64,000 bases of DNA from Fibrobacteria bacterium (GCA_015232855.1 JADFYW010000004.1:21488-85487), one strand, 5' to 3'; shown: positions 19,801 to 28,542, counted from the stretch's first letter. The notes: generated by a model from the sequence alone, not told the origin. Program-made: numbers and translations.

Positions 19801-20948
19801 ACGGTACTGATAATGTACTGGCGGTCAGTAATCTGGCTTTACTTACAGGGAACATTGGTCTGCCCTCTACCGGAGTTAATCCGTTAAGAGGACAAAATAA
19901 CGTTCAGGGCGCCTGTGATATGGGGGCACTCCCGAACGTTTACCCAGGGTATCAGAAAGTAGATGCTGAAGACGCTCAAAAGAAATTTGAAGCCGCCTGG
20001 GGAAGTAAGCTAAGCGGTAGTGCCGGACTAACCCATTTGGAAGTGCTGGAAGGGATTGATAACGGAACGGTTAAAGCTTTGTATCTTATGGGCGAAAACC
20101 CAATCATTAGTGAAGCTAACTCGAACCATGTGAGTGAATCCCTTGGAAAACTGGAGTTTTTTATTGCCCAGGATATTTTCCTTACCGATACCGCCAAAAT
20201 GGCTGATGTGGTATTACCTGCAGCCTCCTTTGCCGAAAAGGACGGAACATTCACCAATACCGAACGTAGAGTCCAGAGAGTTCGCAAAGCGATTAAACCG
20301 GTTGGCGAATCCTGGTCTGACTGGGCTATTACCTGTGAAATGGCTAAATCCATGGGAGAGAATGGATTTGATTTTGAAAGTGCAGAAGAGGTGATGAAAG
20401 AGATTGCTTCACTTACTCCCAGTTATGGTGGCATAACATATGAACGCATTGATGAAGTGGGACTTCACTGGCCTTGCCCTGATGCCAAACATCCGGGTAC
20501 ACCAATCCTTCATTCTCAACAGTTCCCGAGACCGGAAGGAAAGGGAAAATTCCTGCCATTGGAATATCGCTCGCCTGATGAAAATGCCTGTAACGATTTT
20601 CCTCTGGTATTAACTACAGACCGCAGTCTGTATCAGTATCACACCTCTACCATGACTGGACGGGTTGAGGGACTTATGGAAATCGATGGCAAAGAACGGG
20701 TAAATATCCATCCAGATGATGCAGCCAAACTTGGTATAACAGATGCCTCTTCGGTGGAAGTCTCCTCACGTCGCGGTGTTGTGAAGGCGTATGCGAAGGT
20801 GACTGATGTTGTACCCGTTGGTGTAGTATCCATGACCTTCCATTATCCGGAAAGCCCGACCAATGTGTTGACAAACGCAGCCATGGACCCGGTAGCTAAA
20901 ATCCCTGAAACCAAGGTTTGTGCAGTAAGCATTAAAAAACTGGGATAA
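16875..20948 (+). CDS. Fused oxidoreductase: 2Fe-2S ferredoxin + GltD-like FAD/NAD(P)H subunit + 2x[4Fe-4S] + molybdopterin formate dehydrogenase alpha (Cys-type)
   Basis: N-terminus like NuoG/FdhA 2Fe-2S (CDSDQLEPIGTCRICVV); GltD/DPD-type Fe-S region (CTAPCQDACPAGIDIQGY...CPRPCESACRR); two Rossmann GxGxxG sites (IIGSGPAGLSAAYYL, VLGGGNTAIDAART); ferredoxin CxxCxxCxxxCP pairs; MopB N-terminal CTFCGCGCG; FDH active-site stretch HCARLCHAPSVAGL aligned to E. coli FdhF ARVUHGPSVAGL with Cys replacing Sec (no in-frame TGA). Confidence 0.85.
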   Translation: MINISITLDGQKLSIENNQTILDVCRQNGKEIPAFCDSDQLEPIGTCRICVVEAVGEGLITSCNTKVRDGMIILTDSEKVIESRKKTLETLLSRHYADCTAPCQDACPAGIDIQGYLALIRRGSFAEAVQLIKERLPLPGIIGRVCPRPCESACRRTLVDEPIAICQLKRFVADSELLNQGIPTPDSVTSSGKKVAIIGSGPAGLSAAYYLRRNGHDVTIYESLPKPGGMLRYGIPDYRLPPDILDKEINAITDMGVELITGKSLGSDFSVESLKKDGFNAVFLAIGAHNSYKLKLEGEESEGVFPGTDFLRQFTMGESIEIGDKVAVLGGGNTAIDAARTALRMGAAEVTIVYRRTRAEMPASSWEIDEAEEEGVKLHFLTGPIRIVTEEGRATGIECIKMELGQADKSGRPRPQPVEGSEFIIPVTAVIPAIGQGPDISPVKDTELQFSRWGTIDADEHSQVTNIEGVFSGGDCQTGAATAVEAIAAGRRAANGIHAYLKGKTLVPEKVYNASKGKLNELEGREEFAQIEKKSRLAMPLNHPKSLKNNFEELEKGFAEAGAIEEAGRCLECGCKANYYCDLRRWSAEYGMTTQPEPVDVNSYPRLNPHPFIEADRNKCISCTLCQRMCHDVEGIGVLGIDYRIDPLPFEQPLGSTACESCGQCVGSCPVGALVVKNGLKPEREVKTTCTFCGCGCGIYLGVRGNEVVYVRGDEENPVNKGNLCVKGRFGNDFINHPDRLTTPLIRENGKLREASWKEAMTLIAEKLPQFKGEAFVGFSSARCTNEDNYIFQKFVRKVMGTNNIDHCARLCHAPSVAGLAQSLGSGAMTNSMGEIGKASTIFAIGTNTTSAHPIIGLEVKKAVKNGAVLIVANPKRIDLCRFADVFLQHKPGTDVALVMGMANAVIEAGLADESFIKDRTENYAAFMESLKAFTPEFVEKTTGVPWTLIQKAAKIYASSKPSSILYSMGITQHTHGTDNVLAVSNLALLTGNIGLPSTGVNPLRGQNNVQGACDMGALPNVYPGYQKVDAEDAQKKFEAAWGSKLSGSAGLTHLEVLEGIDNGTVKALYLMGENPIISEANSNHVSESLGKLEFFIAQDIFLTDTAKMADVVLPAASFAEKDGTFTNTERRVQRVRKAIKPVGESWSDWAITCEMAKSMGENGFDFESAEEVMKEIASLTPSYGGITYERIDEVGLHWPCPDAKHPGTPILHSQQFPRPEGKGKFLPLEYRSPDENACNDFPLVLTTDRSLYQYHTSTMTGRVEGLMEIDGKERVNIHPDDAAKLGITDASSVEVSSRRGVVKAYAKVTDVVPVGVVSMTFHYPESPTNVLTNAAMDPVAKIPETKVCAVSIKKLG

Positions 20949-20977
20949 TTTTAATCTAGCTGAGAAGCCAAAACAGA

Positions 20978-21008
20978 GCGGATCCGTTTATCAGGATCCG
21001 TTTTTTTG
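20978..21008 (+). terminator. Rho-independent terminator after the FDH fusion gene
   Basis: GCGGATCCG-tttatca-GGATCCG hairpin followed by TTTTTTT. Confidence 0.6.
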
Positions 21009-21153
21009 TTCTGGGACTGTGGCGATTGGTTCAAGCCCTAAATTATTGATTAATGCAAATTACAATCAACTGTTAAGGCAAAATACCTGTATATATTTGA
21101 AATATCGTGCAAAATGCATTAAATTATGATAGGATAATGTACATAGGAGCAAA

Positions 21154-22485
21154 ATGACTGTATCAAATCTTGAACAGGCTAAACAGGAAACTATTCTAAA
21201 CTGTGTGGCTGATGGTGTATTTACTGTTGATAATGAGCGAAAAATCCAGTTTTTTAATCGTGCTGCGGAGAGAATTACGGGGTTTAAAGCCGGAGAAGCA
21301 ATAGGTAAAAAGTGCAGTGAAATTTTTCGTCCCAGTATATGTGGCAATGCCTGTACACTTGCACAAGTTGAGCAGACCGGAAGGGACATCATTAATCAAC
21401 CAGTTAAAATATACGCTAAGACAGGTCGTTCAGTGCATGTGAGTGTAAGTGCTGCAGTATTAAGAGATGAAGCGAACAATATAATTGGAGGTGTAGAAAC
21501 GTTTAGAGACTTATCTACCGAAGAAGATTTGCGACGGCAAATTAAAAAGTCATATACCTTTCAGGATATCATCAGCCGCCATCCCCGCATGCATGACATT
21601 TTTTCAATATTGCCGGATATTGCGGGTTCTGAGGTTTGTGTATTAATAGAAGGGGAGAGTGGGACCGGTAAAGAACTCTTTGCGAGGGCTATCCATAATC
21701 TGAGTCCCCGTAAGGAAAAGCCCTTTATAGCCATTAATTGCGGTTCTTTACCAGACAGTCTGCTGGAGTCCGAGTTATTTGGATATAAAAAAGGGGCCTT
21801 TACTGACGCTAAAAAAGATAAACCGGGACGTTTCGACCTGGCTAAAGGTGGCTCATTGTTTCTTGATGAAATCGGAGATGTTTCACCCGCTTTGCAAGTA
21901 AAATTACTGAGGGTTTTGCAAGAGAAAATGTATGAGCCGTTGGGCGCTATACAGTCGGTTCACGCCAATGCCCGCATTATTGCAGCCACCAATCAGAGTT
22001 TGCAGGAAAAAATGAAAGCAGGTGAGTTTCGTGATGATCTTTATTACCGTTTGAATGTGTTGCGTCTGGAAATCCCGCCTTTAAGAGAGAGACGTTGTGA
22101 TGTCCCTATCCTTATTGACCATTTTCGCAGGTGTTTAAATACAGAAACCGGTAAAAACATTGAAGCGGTGGATGAGACTGCAATAGATCTCTTAATGGGG
22201 TATGATTTCCCCGGGAATGTGCGAGAGCTGGAAAATGTGATACAACATGCATTTGTTTTATGTAAAAATTCTGTTATCCGTGTAGAGCATTTGCCCCGTG
22301 AATTAACGGGGGGGCATAGTGTAAAACTTGATATTGGAAACCTTTCACTGGAAGCCATAGAAAAACGGGCCATTAAAGAAGCACTGCTTAACAACAAGGG
22401 TAATCAGACTAAAGCTGCCAGGCAACTGAAGATTGACGCCAGTACGTTGTATAGGAAGATGAAGCGGTATAAGCTGAAACATTAG
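21154..22485 (+). CDS. Sigma-54-dependent transcriptional activator with N-terminal Cys-containing PAS sensor and Fis-type HTH (paralog 1)
   Basis: Walker A GESGTGKE, ESELFGYKKGAFTDA (GAFTGA variant), Walker B LFLDEIGD, arginine-finger region, C-terminal HTH_8 QTKAARQLKIDASTLYRKMKRY; PAS with KKCSEIFRPSICGNAC. Confidence 0.9.
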   Translation: MTVSNLEQAKQETILNCVADGVFTVDNERKIQFFNRAAERITGFKAGEAIGKKCSEIFRPSICGNACTLAQVEQTGRDIINQPVKIYAKTGRSVHVSVSAAVLRDEANNIIGGVETFRDLSTEEDLRRQIKKSYTFQDIISRHPRMHDIFSILPDIAGSEVCVLIEGESGTGKELFARAIHNLSPRKEKPFIAINCGSLPDSLLESELFGYKKGAFTDAKKDKPGRFDLAKGGSLFLDEIGDVSPALQVKLLRVLQEKMYEPLGAIQSVHANARIIAATNQSLQEKMKAGEFRDDLYYRLNVLRLEIPPLRERRCDVPILIDHFRRCLNTETGKNIEAVDETAIDLLMGYDFPGNVRELENVIQHAFVLCKNSVIRVEHLPRELTGGHSVKLDIGNLSLEAIEKRAIKEALLNNKGNQTKAARQLKIDASTLYRKMKRYKLKH

Positions 22486-22489
22486 TTAA

Positions 22490-22810
22490 AAGTTCAAAGT
22501 TGTGGACCCAACGCTCCCTCTTGTTAGTTCAAAGTTGTCAGTTCTACGTTCTTAGGTCACAGTTAAAATAATGTGCTTCGCGTAGATTAAGACGTTTAAA
22601 AGAGTAAATCTGTTTGGAATATTAATGTGGCATATAGTAATGTTGGTATGAGATATATGAATATTCCACTTTTTTAAACTATTTTTTACGCAGCGCACTT
22701 GGTAACAGACTGCTGAGACCTGTGACGTTAAAACTTATCGCTTAGTTCTGACAACCTTAAACTTTGAACTGAATTTCGGGCTGAGATTAGACAACTTTGA
22801 ACTCTGAATA
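22490..22810. repeat. MITE-like intergenic element with inverted AGTTCAAAGTTGTC-type arms
   Basis: Left arms at 22490-22565 (two copies of AGTTCAAAGTTGT...), right arms at 22745-22809 in inverted orientation (GACAACTTTGAACT); AT-rich 170-bp core. Confidence 0.4.
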
Positions 22811-23035
22811 CTTCCGCTATTGCATATTGCATGAGTTTAAAAATGTATAAGCTTATTGTTGATGAATTCAACTTATATTGCCCTGTTTTCAAAACTGGCA
22901 CGATAATTGATATAGGATACAACAGATAGCAGTTCGATACGAACATAGCTGCTACGTGTAATATATATGGTGAGGTATGTTATCCATAGATGTGGGTAAT
23001 AGTTTTATGGTGGTGCAAAAAAGGAAGGTCATAAT

Positions 23036-23425
23036 ATGAGTACCAATGGTAAAAAGATTCTTGTGGTTGATGATGAGCCGGATGTGGTTAAGTACATAAC
23101 CAGCCTTCTGGAGGACAATGGCTTTGAAACGGTTACCGCATGTAACGGCAAAGAAGGAATGGAGACGGCCATTAAGGAAAAGCCCGACCTTATCAGTCTG
23201 GATGTAACTATGCCGGGAGAGACTGGTGTTCGCATGTTACGCAATTTGAGTGAGCATGAAGCAACAAAAGAAATCCCTGTGATTCTAGTGACCGGAGTCG
23301 ATTTTTCTTTTAAAAGTTTTATTGAACAACGTAAACAGGTCGTTCCTCCTAAAGCCTATTTTGAAAAACCTATTGATAAGGATAAACTGCTGGCAGAAGT
23401 TAAGAGTTTATTGGGGGTTGGCTAG
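23036..23425 (+). CDS. Single-domain response regulator (CheY-like receiver)
   Basis: ILVVDDEPDV...DLISLDVTMPGETG...K motif set; 129 aa. Confidence 0.85.
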   Translation: MSTNGKKILVVDDEPDVVKYITSLLEDNGFETVTACNGKEGMETAIKEKPDLISLDVTMPGETGVRMLRNLSEHEATKEIPVILVTGVDFSFKSFIEQRKQVVPPKAYFEKPIDKDKLLAEVKSLLGVG

Positions 23426-23585
23426 ATACGGATTGAAACGAAATGATTATGGGTATAAAGTTCGGGTTCTCTATCCAGTTTCAGAAAAGCCCCCATCCCC
23501 TCAGTCCCCCTTCTCCATATTGGCGGGACTCTAAGGGGAAGGGGAAGGAAATAGACACCTTTACTCACAAAATTAAGGAACATCA

Positions 23586-24689
23586 TTGGCACCCTATAAC
23601 GGCAACATAGAAGACTTTCCCGGAGAGAGTGGTATCCTTTTTGAAAAGGTTCCATGCTATATAGCAATTTTGGATCGGGACTATAAAATTGTCCGTTCCA
23701 ATGAAAAATTAAGAAATACCTTTGGTTCTTGCCGTGGTCGTCATTGCTATGATGTCTATAAAAAACGCTCTGTAGTTTGTGAAAAATGCCCTACGGAAAT
23801 GACCTTTCATGATGGTCAAGAACACACTTCTACCCATGTTGGTATAAATAAGGTGGGTGATGAGACCCATTATATTGTTACCACTTCTCCATTAATGGGT
23901 GAAAACGGTAACGTTGACTACGTAATGGAAATTCTCACAGATATTACTCAGATAAAATCTCTGGAGAAAGATAAGTTAGAAGCGGAACGGTTGGCCGCTG
24001 TAGGTCAAACAGTGGCCGGATTGGCGCATAGTGTGAAAAATATCCTGATGGGGGTTGAGGGTGGAATGTACATGGTTGAGGTTGGCATAAATAAAGGTGA
24101 CCAGTCTCGTACAGCAGAGGGTTGGGACATGCTTCAGCGGAACATTACCAAGGTTTCAACTTTAGTTAAGGACTTTTTAAGTTTTGCCAAGGGGCGGAAG
24201 CCAGTGGTGAAATTAATTGACCCAAATGTTTTGCTCGATGATATTGTAGAGCTTTATGCGGATACAGCCAGCAAAATGGGGATAGAGCTTAAAAAAACCA
24301 GGAAAAAATATATGGCTTCTGCCCCTCTGGATCCTGATGCCATACATACCTGTCTAACAAATCTGGTGTCAAATGCTATTGATACGTGTCATATCAGTAG
24401 TAAAGATAAAAAAATAGTGATTTTGGATGCGGTTGAAGATGGCGGTAATATCACCATAAGCGTTTCAGACAATGGTTCAGGAATTGATTATGATATTCAG
24501 AAAAAAATATTTACCACATTTTTCACTACAAAGGGCGGTAATGGAACGGGATTAGGACTATTGACCACTCGCAAAATAGTTCAAGAACATGGCGGAAAAA
24601 TTGAAGTTGAATCCATTCCGGGGAAGGGTTCGGTTTTTAAAATAGTCTTGCCGCGAAAACAATTACCAGTAATGAATGATTCACCTTAA
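23586..24689 (+). CDS. Soluble sensor histidine kinase with Cys-rich PAS-like sensor (start may lie upstream)
   Basis: HisKA H-box AGLAHSVKNIL; HATPase N/G boxes (DNGSGID, GGNGTGLGL); N-terminal CRGRHCYDVYKKRSVVCEKCP. Confidence 0.8.
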   Translation: MAPYNGNIEDFPGESGILFEKVPCYIAILDRDYKIVRSNEKLRNTFGSCRGRHCYDVYKKRSVVCEKCPTEMTFHDGQEHTSTHVGINKVGDETHYIVTTSPLMGENGNVDYVMEILTDITQIKSLEKDKLEAERLAAVGQTVAGLAHSVKNILMGVEGGMYMVEVGINKGDQSRTAEGWDMLQRNITKVSTLVKDFLSFAKGRKPVVKLIDPNVLLDDIVELYADTASKMGIELKKTRKKYMASAPLDPDAIHTCLTNLVSNAIDTCHISSKDKKIVILDAVEDGGNITISVSDNGSGIDYDIQKKIFTTFFTTKGGNGTGLGLLTTRKIVQEHGGKIEVESIPGKGSVFKIVLPRKQLPVMNDSP

Positions 24690-24702
24690 AACAGGGTAGC
24701 TT

Positions 24703-25209
24703 ATGAGTAATGAATTAGGTAAAACAGTACTTATTGTGGATGATGAAGACGATGTTGTTCGTTATTTGAGCATGGTTCTTCAAGATGCAGGATTTACGGT
24801 AGTTACCGCTTTTGATGGTATTGAAGCAATAGAGAGACTCAAGGAAAAAACACCTGATCTTATATCGCTTGATATTGTGATGCCCAAAGGATCCGGCATT
24901 AAAATGCATCGGGAATTAAAGAAACATCCGGAATGGTCAAAAATACCCGTTATGATAGTTACCGGCCATGCGCGTGATGAGTTGGGAAAAACGGATTTTG
25001 ATGAAATGACGATGTCCGGGCCGGGGATATATCTGGAAAAGCCGGTGAATGCAATTAATTATGTGGCTGCAGTTAAAAAGATTCTTTGCTTAGAAGATGG
25101 CGACTGTGGTGGAGAAAAGGATTTGAAGTCAGAAGTGAAACAATTATTGGATACAGCTGATGCTGATATGCTGGAGAAGATTAAGAAGATGATGAGAGGG
25201 GAAGAGTAG
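24703..25209 (+). CDS. Response regulator receiver protein with acidic C-terminal extension
   Basis: VLIVDDEDDVVRYLS...DLISLDIVMPKGSG receiver motifs; 168 aa. Confidence 0.85.
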   Translation: MSNELGKTVLIVDDEDDVVRYLSMVLQDAGFTVVTAFDGIEAIERLKEKTPDLISLDIVMPKGSGIKMHRELKKHPEWSKIPVMIVTGHARDELGKTDFDEMTMSGPGIYLEKPVNAINYVAAVKKILCLEDGDCGGEKDLKSEVKQLLDTADADMLEKIKKMMRGEE

Positions 25210-25352
25210 GGATGTGCGTTCTTATGTTACGTAATTATCCAAAAACCAGTCATTCCGGCTTGTCCGGAATCAAAAGCATAAATTCTGAATCAGGAAGATA
25301 ATATGCAATCTGTTTTTTTTGCAAATGATTTTCTTTTCCAAATATTGGTTAC

Positions 25353-25617
25353 CATTCTAAAGCCTGATTCCAGACAAGCTGGAATGACTATCTCTCCCAT
25401 TCTAAAGCCTGATTCCAGACAAGCCGGAATGACTATCTCTCCCATTCTAAAGCCTGATTCCGGACAAGCCGGAATGACTGTGTCTACCATTCTAAAGCTT
25501 GATTCCAGACAAGCTGGAATGACTATCTCTCCCATTCTAAAGCTTGATTCCAGACAAGCTGGAATGACTATGTCTCCCATTCTAAAGCCTGATTCCGGAC
25601 AAGCCGGAATGACTGTT
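25353..25617. repeat. Tandem array of about 5.9 copies of a 45-bp REP-containing unit (not CRISPR)
   Basis: Unit CATTCTAAAGCCTGATTCCAGACAAGCTGGAATGACTATCTCTCC repeated head-to-tail with a few SNPs; each unit contains the palindrome ATTCCRGACAAGCYGGAAT; no unique spacers. Confidence 0.85.
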
Positions 25618-25654
25618 TTGAAACAAAAATAAGATAAACAAAGAAGAAGATGTT

Positions 25655-27007
25655 ATGACAATAAAAGAAAAACCAAAAAATAAGTACCCGTATTACATCG
25701 AAGCTCCCCTGGAGTATAAGCGGGTTGATGCATTTCTCAAGGCGTTTTCCGCTATATTGGAGCACTCCAATTACAAGTTTATCCTGGATTTATATACCCG
25801 GATATCTATGAAATGCGCTCGCTGTGCTTCGGGGTGCCAGATTTATCAGACTACCGGAAAACCTGAGGATATTCCCTGTTATCGCTCCAGCATATTGTTA
25901 CGGATATATAAAAGGCATTTTACGCTAGGTGGATGGATGAAGTCAAAACTCACCGGCGGAAGCGGAATTACCGAAAAGGATATCGATGAAATGCTCGAAT
26001 CCTATTACCAATGTACAGCTTGCAGGCGTTGCACGTTTTATTGCCCCATGGGAATAGAACATGGGATGATAACTCATCTAGGGCGGTATATCCTTGCTGA
26101 AATTGGCATCGTACCAAAGGCTTTGCAAGTGTCTGTTCGTGAGCAATTAGAGGGAGCTTCAAAAAACACATCCGCAATACCCGTACCTGCTTTGATAGAT
26201 ACGCTGGAATTTTTAGAAGAAGAGATAGAAGAGACAAAAGGTATTAAAGTTAAGTTTCCCATTGATGTTGAGGGGGCTGAATATGTGTTTTTTGCTCCTG
26301 TCAGTGATTACCTCCTTGAGGCTGACACCTTGATGGGTATGGCCTGTGTCTTACAAACGGCTGGTATCAGTTGGACTATTGGTACCGGTAATTATGATGG
26401 TATTAACTATGGACTATTTTATAGCGATGATTTTCTCGGTAAAATCGTACGAAATGAAATAGATGAAGTCAGACGATTAAAGGGTAAAAAAATATTAATA
26501 GGGGAGTGTGGACATGCTTCCCGTACGGCCAAAAATTTTGTTCCTACTTATAACGAAGGAAGTGAAATACCCGTAGTGAATCTGCTTGAGCTAACCCTCA
26601 AACTCCTTGAAGAAGGAAAAATTGAACTTGACCCTAATGTGATAACTGAGAAAGTTACCTATCATGACCCCTGTAACTATGTGCGATCGGGTTGGATTAT
26701 AGAGCAGCCACGGAAGATTATCAAGAGCTTTATTAAAAACTTTGTGGAAATGACTCCTAACGGCAAGTACAACCTCTGTTGCGGCGGCGGCGGCGGCACG
26801 GTATCAGTAGATGAAGTGAAAGACTTCCGGATGAACGCGGCCGGGAAAAAAAAGGCTGACCAATTGCGAGCTACCGGGGCCGATATTGTTATTACTCCTT
26901 GCGCTAACTGCAAAAAACAAATTGAGGAAGTAATAGAATATTTTGACTTGCCCATGAAGCGAATGGGCTTGCATGATTTGATTTTAAAAGCGATTAAACT
27001 GAAATAA
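25655..27007 (+). CDS. HdrD/DsrK-like Fe-S oxidoreductase (2x[4Fe-4S] + two CCG domains)
   Basis: CARCASGCQIY and CTACRRCTFYCPMG ferredoxin motifs; CCG-domain cysteines (HDPCNYV, CCGGGGG, CANC). Confidence 0.8.
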   Translation: MTIKEKPKNKYPYYIEAPLEYKRVDAFLKAFSAILEHSNYKFILDLYTRISMKCARCASGCQIYQTTGKPEDIPCYRSSILLRIYKRHFTLGGWMKSKLTGGSGITEKDIDEMLESYYQCTACRRCTFYCPMGIEHGMITHLGRYILAEIGIVPKALQVSVREQLEGASKNTSAIPVPALIDTLEFLEEEIEETKGIKVKFPIDVEGAEYVFFAPVSDYLLEADTLMGMACVLQTAGISWTIGTGNYDGINYGLFYSDDFLGKIVRNEIDEVRRLKGKKILIGECGHASRTAKNFVPTYNEGSEIPVVNLLELTLKLLEEGKIELDPNVITEKVTYHDPCNYVRSGWIIEQPRKIIKSFIKNFVEMTPNGKYNLCCGGGGGTVSVDEVKDFRMNAAGKKKADQLRATGADIVITPCANCKKQIEEVIEYFDLPMKRMGLHDLILKAIKLK

Positions 27008-27019
27008 AGGAAAAGGTTA

Positions 27020-27721
27020 ATGGAACAATTTCTTGAATTTGCGAAAGGCTCTTTGTTTGCGGGGAGTTTCGTTATAATGGTCTTAGGATTGGCACGCACT
27101 GCGTTTATTACGTTGTGGGGTACTAAAAATGCGTTGGATAAAGCAGGGGACAAAAATATTCCGTACAAAGCTCTTATAAAAGAAACCTTTGAATGGATGA
27201 TTCCCATTAAACATATTACCAATTCGAGATCTGCTATCAGCATAGTGTCAGTAGTCTTTCATATTGGCCTTATAATCGTCCCCCTGTTTTTGCTTGATCA
27301 TATTTTACTCTGGCAAAAATTAGGACTGTCCTGGCCTGGTATACCTGCAGCCATTGCTAATGTACTTACCATAACAACGATAGTAACCGGGGGTATTTTG
27401 CTTCTAAACCGTATCTTTCATCGCGATACCCGGTTTTTGAGTTCGGTGATTGATTATGCACTTTTAGTGCTTATTCTGGCCATATTTATAAATGGATTTA
27501 TTGCCTCCAAACCTTTTAATCCTATCCCTTATAACCTTGTAATGGTTATACATGTGATGGCTGGCAATTTGATACTTATCCTCGTACCCTTTTCAAAACT
27601 AGCGCATTGTTTTTTATACCCGATTATGAGAATTGCTTCAAACATTGCCTGGCATTTTCCTGCAAGAGCCGGAGAAGAAGTCAACAAAACACTTTATGGA
27701 GAAGAGAATAAAAAAGTATGA
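27020..27721 (+). CDS. NarI/DsrM/HdrE-like di-heme b membrane subunit
   Basis: Five predicted TM helices with conserved His residues; 233 aa; immediately follows the HdrD-like gene (12-bp gap) and overlaps the next gene. Confidence 0.65.
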   Translation: MEQFLEFAKGSLFAGSFVIMVLGLARTAFITLWGTKNALDKAGDKNIPYKALIKETFEWMIPIKHITNSRSAISIVSVVFHIGLIIVPLFLLDHILLWQKLGLSWPGIPAAIANVLTITTIVTGGILLLNRIFHRDTRFLSSVIDYALLVLILAIFINGFIASKPFNPIPYNLVMVIHVMAGNLILILVPFSKLAHCFLYPIMRIASNIAWHFPARAGEEVNKTLYGEENKKV

Positions 27722-28542
27722 TTGGAATACTCACAGATGTAACAAAGTGCATTGGCTGCCATAAATGCGTAGGCGCGTGTGTGGATGCTAATAAGCTGGA
27801 TAAGCATATTCCAGCACCCCAACATACCAGTGATGGCCTGGCCGCAAACCGCTGGACTTCCATTATTAAACAACCGGACAGCCATTATGTGCGAAAGCAA
27901 TGTCGGCATTGTCTGGAACCGGCCTGTGTTTCAGCCTGTATTGTAGGTGCTCTGAAGAAAACAAAATCAGGGCCGGTAGTATATGATAAAAAGAAATGTA
28001 TTGGTTGTCGCTATTGTATGATGGCTTGCCCCTATGGGGTGCCAAAATATGAATGGGATACTCCCGTACCCTATGTACGTAAATGCACTATGTGTTATGA
28101 ACGGGTCTCTGTTGGCAAACAACCAGCCTGCACGGAGGCTTGCCCAACAGGAGCTACCGTATTTGGGGACCGGGACAAGCTTATCGCTGAAGCAAAGCTG
28201 CGTATAACTAAAAACCCCGAAAAATATATTAACCGGGTTTTTGGTGAAGTTGAGGTTGGTGGAACTTCGGTATTGTATCTATCAGATATTCCACTTGGTT
28301 TCCTTGGCTGGAAAGACGACCTGGGCAAGGAGGCGTTACCCAAACTTACCTGGTCAGCATTAAGTAAGGTTCCGACAGAGTTTTTGGGCATGGGAGCAGC
28401 TATGACAGGGGCGTTTTGGATAATCGGTCGTAGAAACAAAATGCGGGCCATGAAGGTAAAAGAAGAAGCTGAAAAAAAAGCAGTTGAAAATGAAACCGGT
28501 GATGCAGGTACAGAAGAAAAAGGCGAGGACAGTAATGAATAA
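27718..28542 (+). CDS. DsrO/HybA/PsrB-like 4x[4Fe-4S] ferredoxin subunit with C-terminal TM anchor
   Basis: Four Cys clusters (CIGCHKCVGAC; CRHCLEPACVSAC; CIGCRYCMMACP; CTMCYERVSVGKQPACTEACP); C-terminal hydrophobic helix AMTGAFWIIG. Confidence 0.8.
   Translation: MIGILTDVTKCIGCHKCVGACVDANKLDKHIPAPQHTSDGLAANRWTSIIKQPDSHYVRKQCRHCLEPACVSACIVGALKKTKSGPVVYDKKKCIGCRYCMMACPYGVPKYEWDTPVPYVRKCTMCYERVSVGKQPACTEACPTGATVFGDRDKLIAEAKLRITKNPEKYINRVFGEVEVGGTSVLYLSDIPLGFLGWKDDLGKEALPKLTWSALSKVPTEFLGMGAAMTGAFWIIGRRNKMRAMKVKEEAEKKAVENETGDAGTEEKGEDSNE

Noticed and set aside
16875-20948. Selenocysteine (in-frame TGA) in the formate dehydrogenase domain
   Set aside because: The ORF is uninterrupted. The residue aligned with FdhF Sec140 is Cys (RLCHAPSVAGL) and no SECIS-like hairpin is needed; this is a Cys-type enzyme.
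25353-25617. Possible CRISPR array
   Set aside because: The units are directly adjacent 45-bp repeats with no intervening unique spacers and no cas genes nearby. It is a REP/BIME-like tandem array.
25290-25632. Two overlapping ORFs (96 and 109 aa, opposite strands) with highly repetitive peptide sequences (ILKPDSRQAGMTISP...)
   Set aside because: They are translations of the 45-bp x6 REP tandem array; no start or RBS context, and identical repeats at the DNA level on both strands. Not genes.
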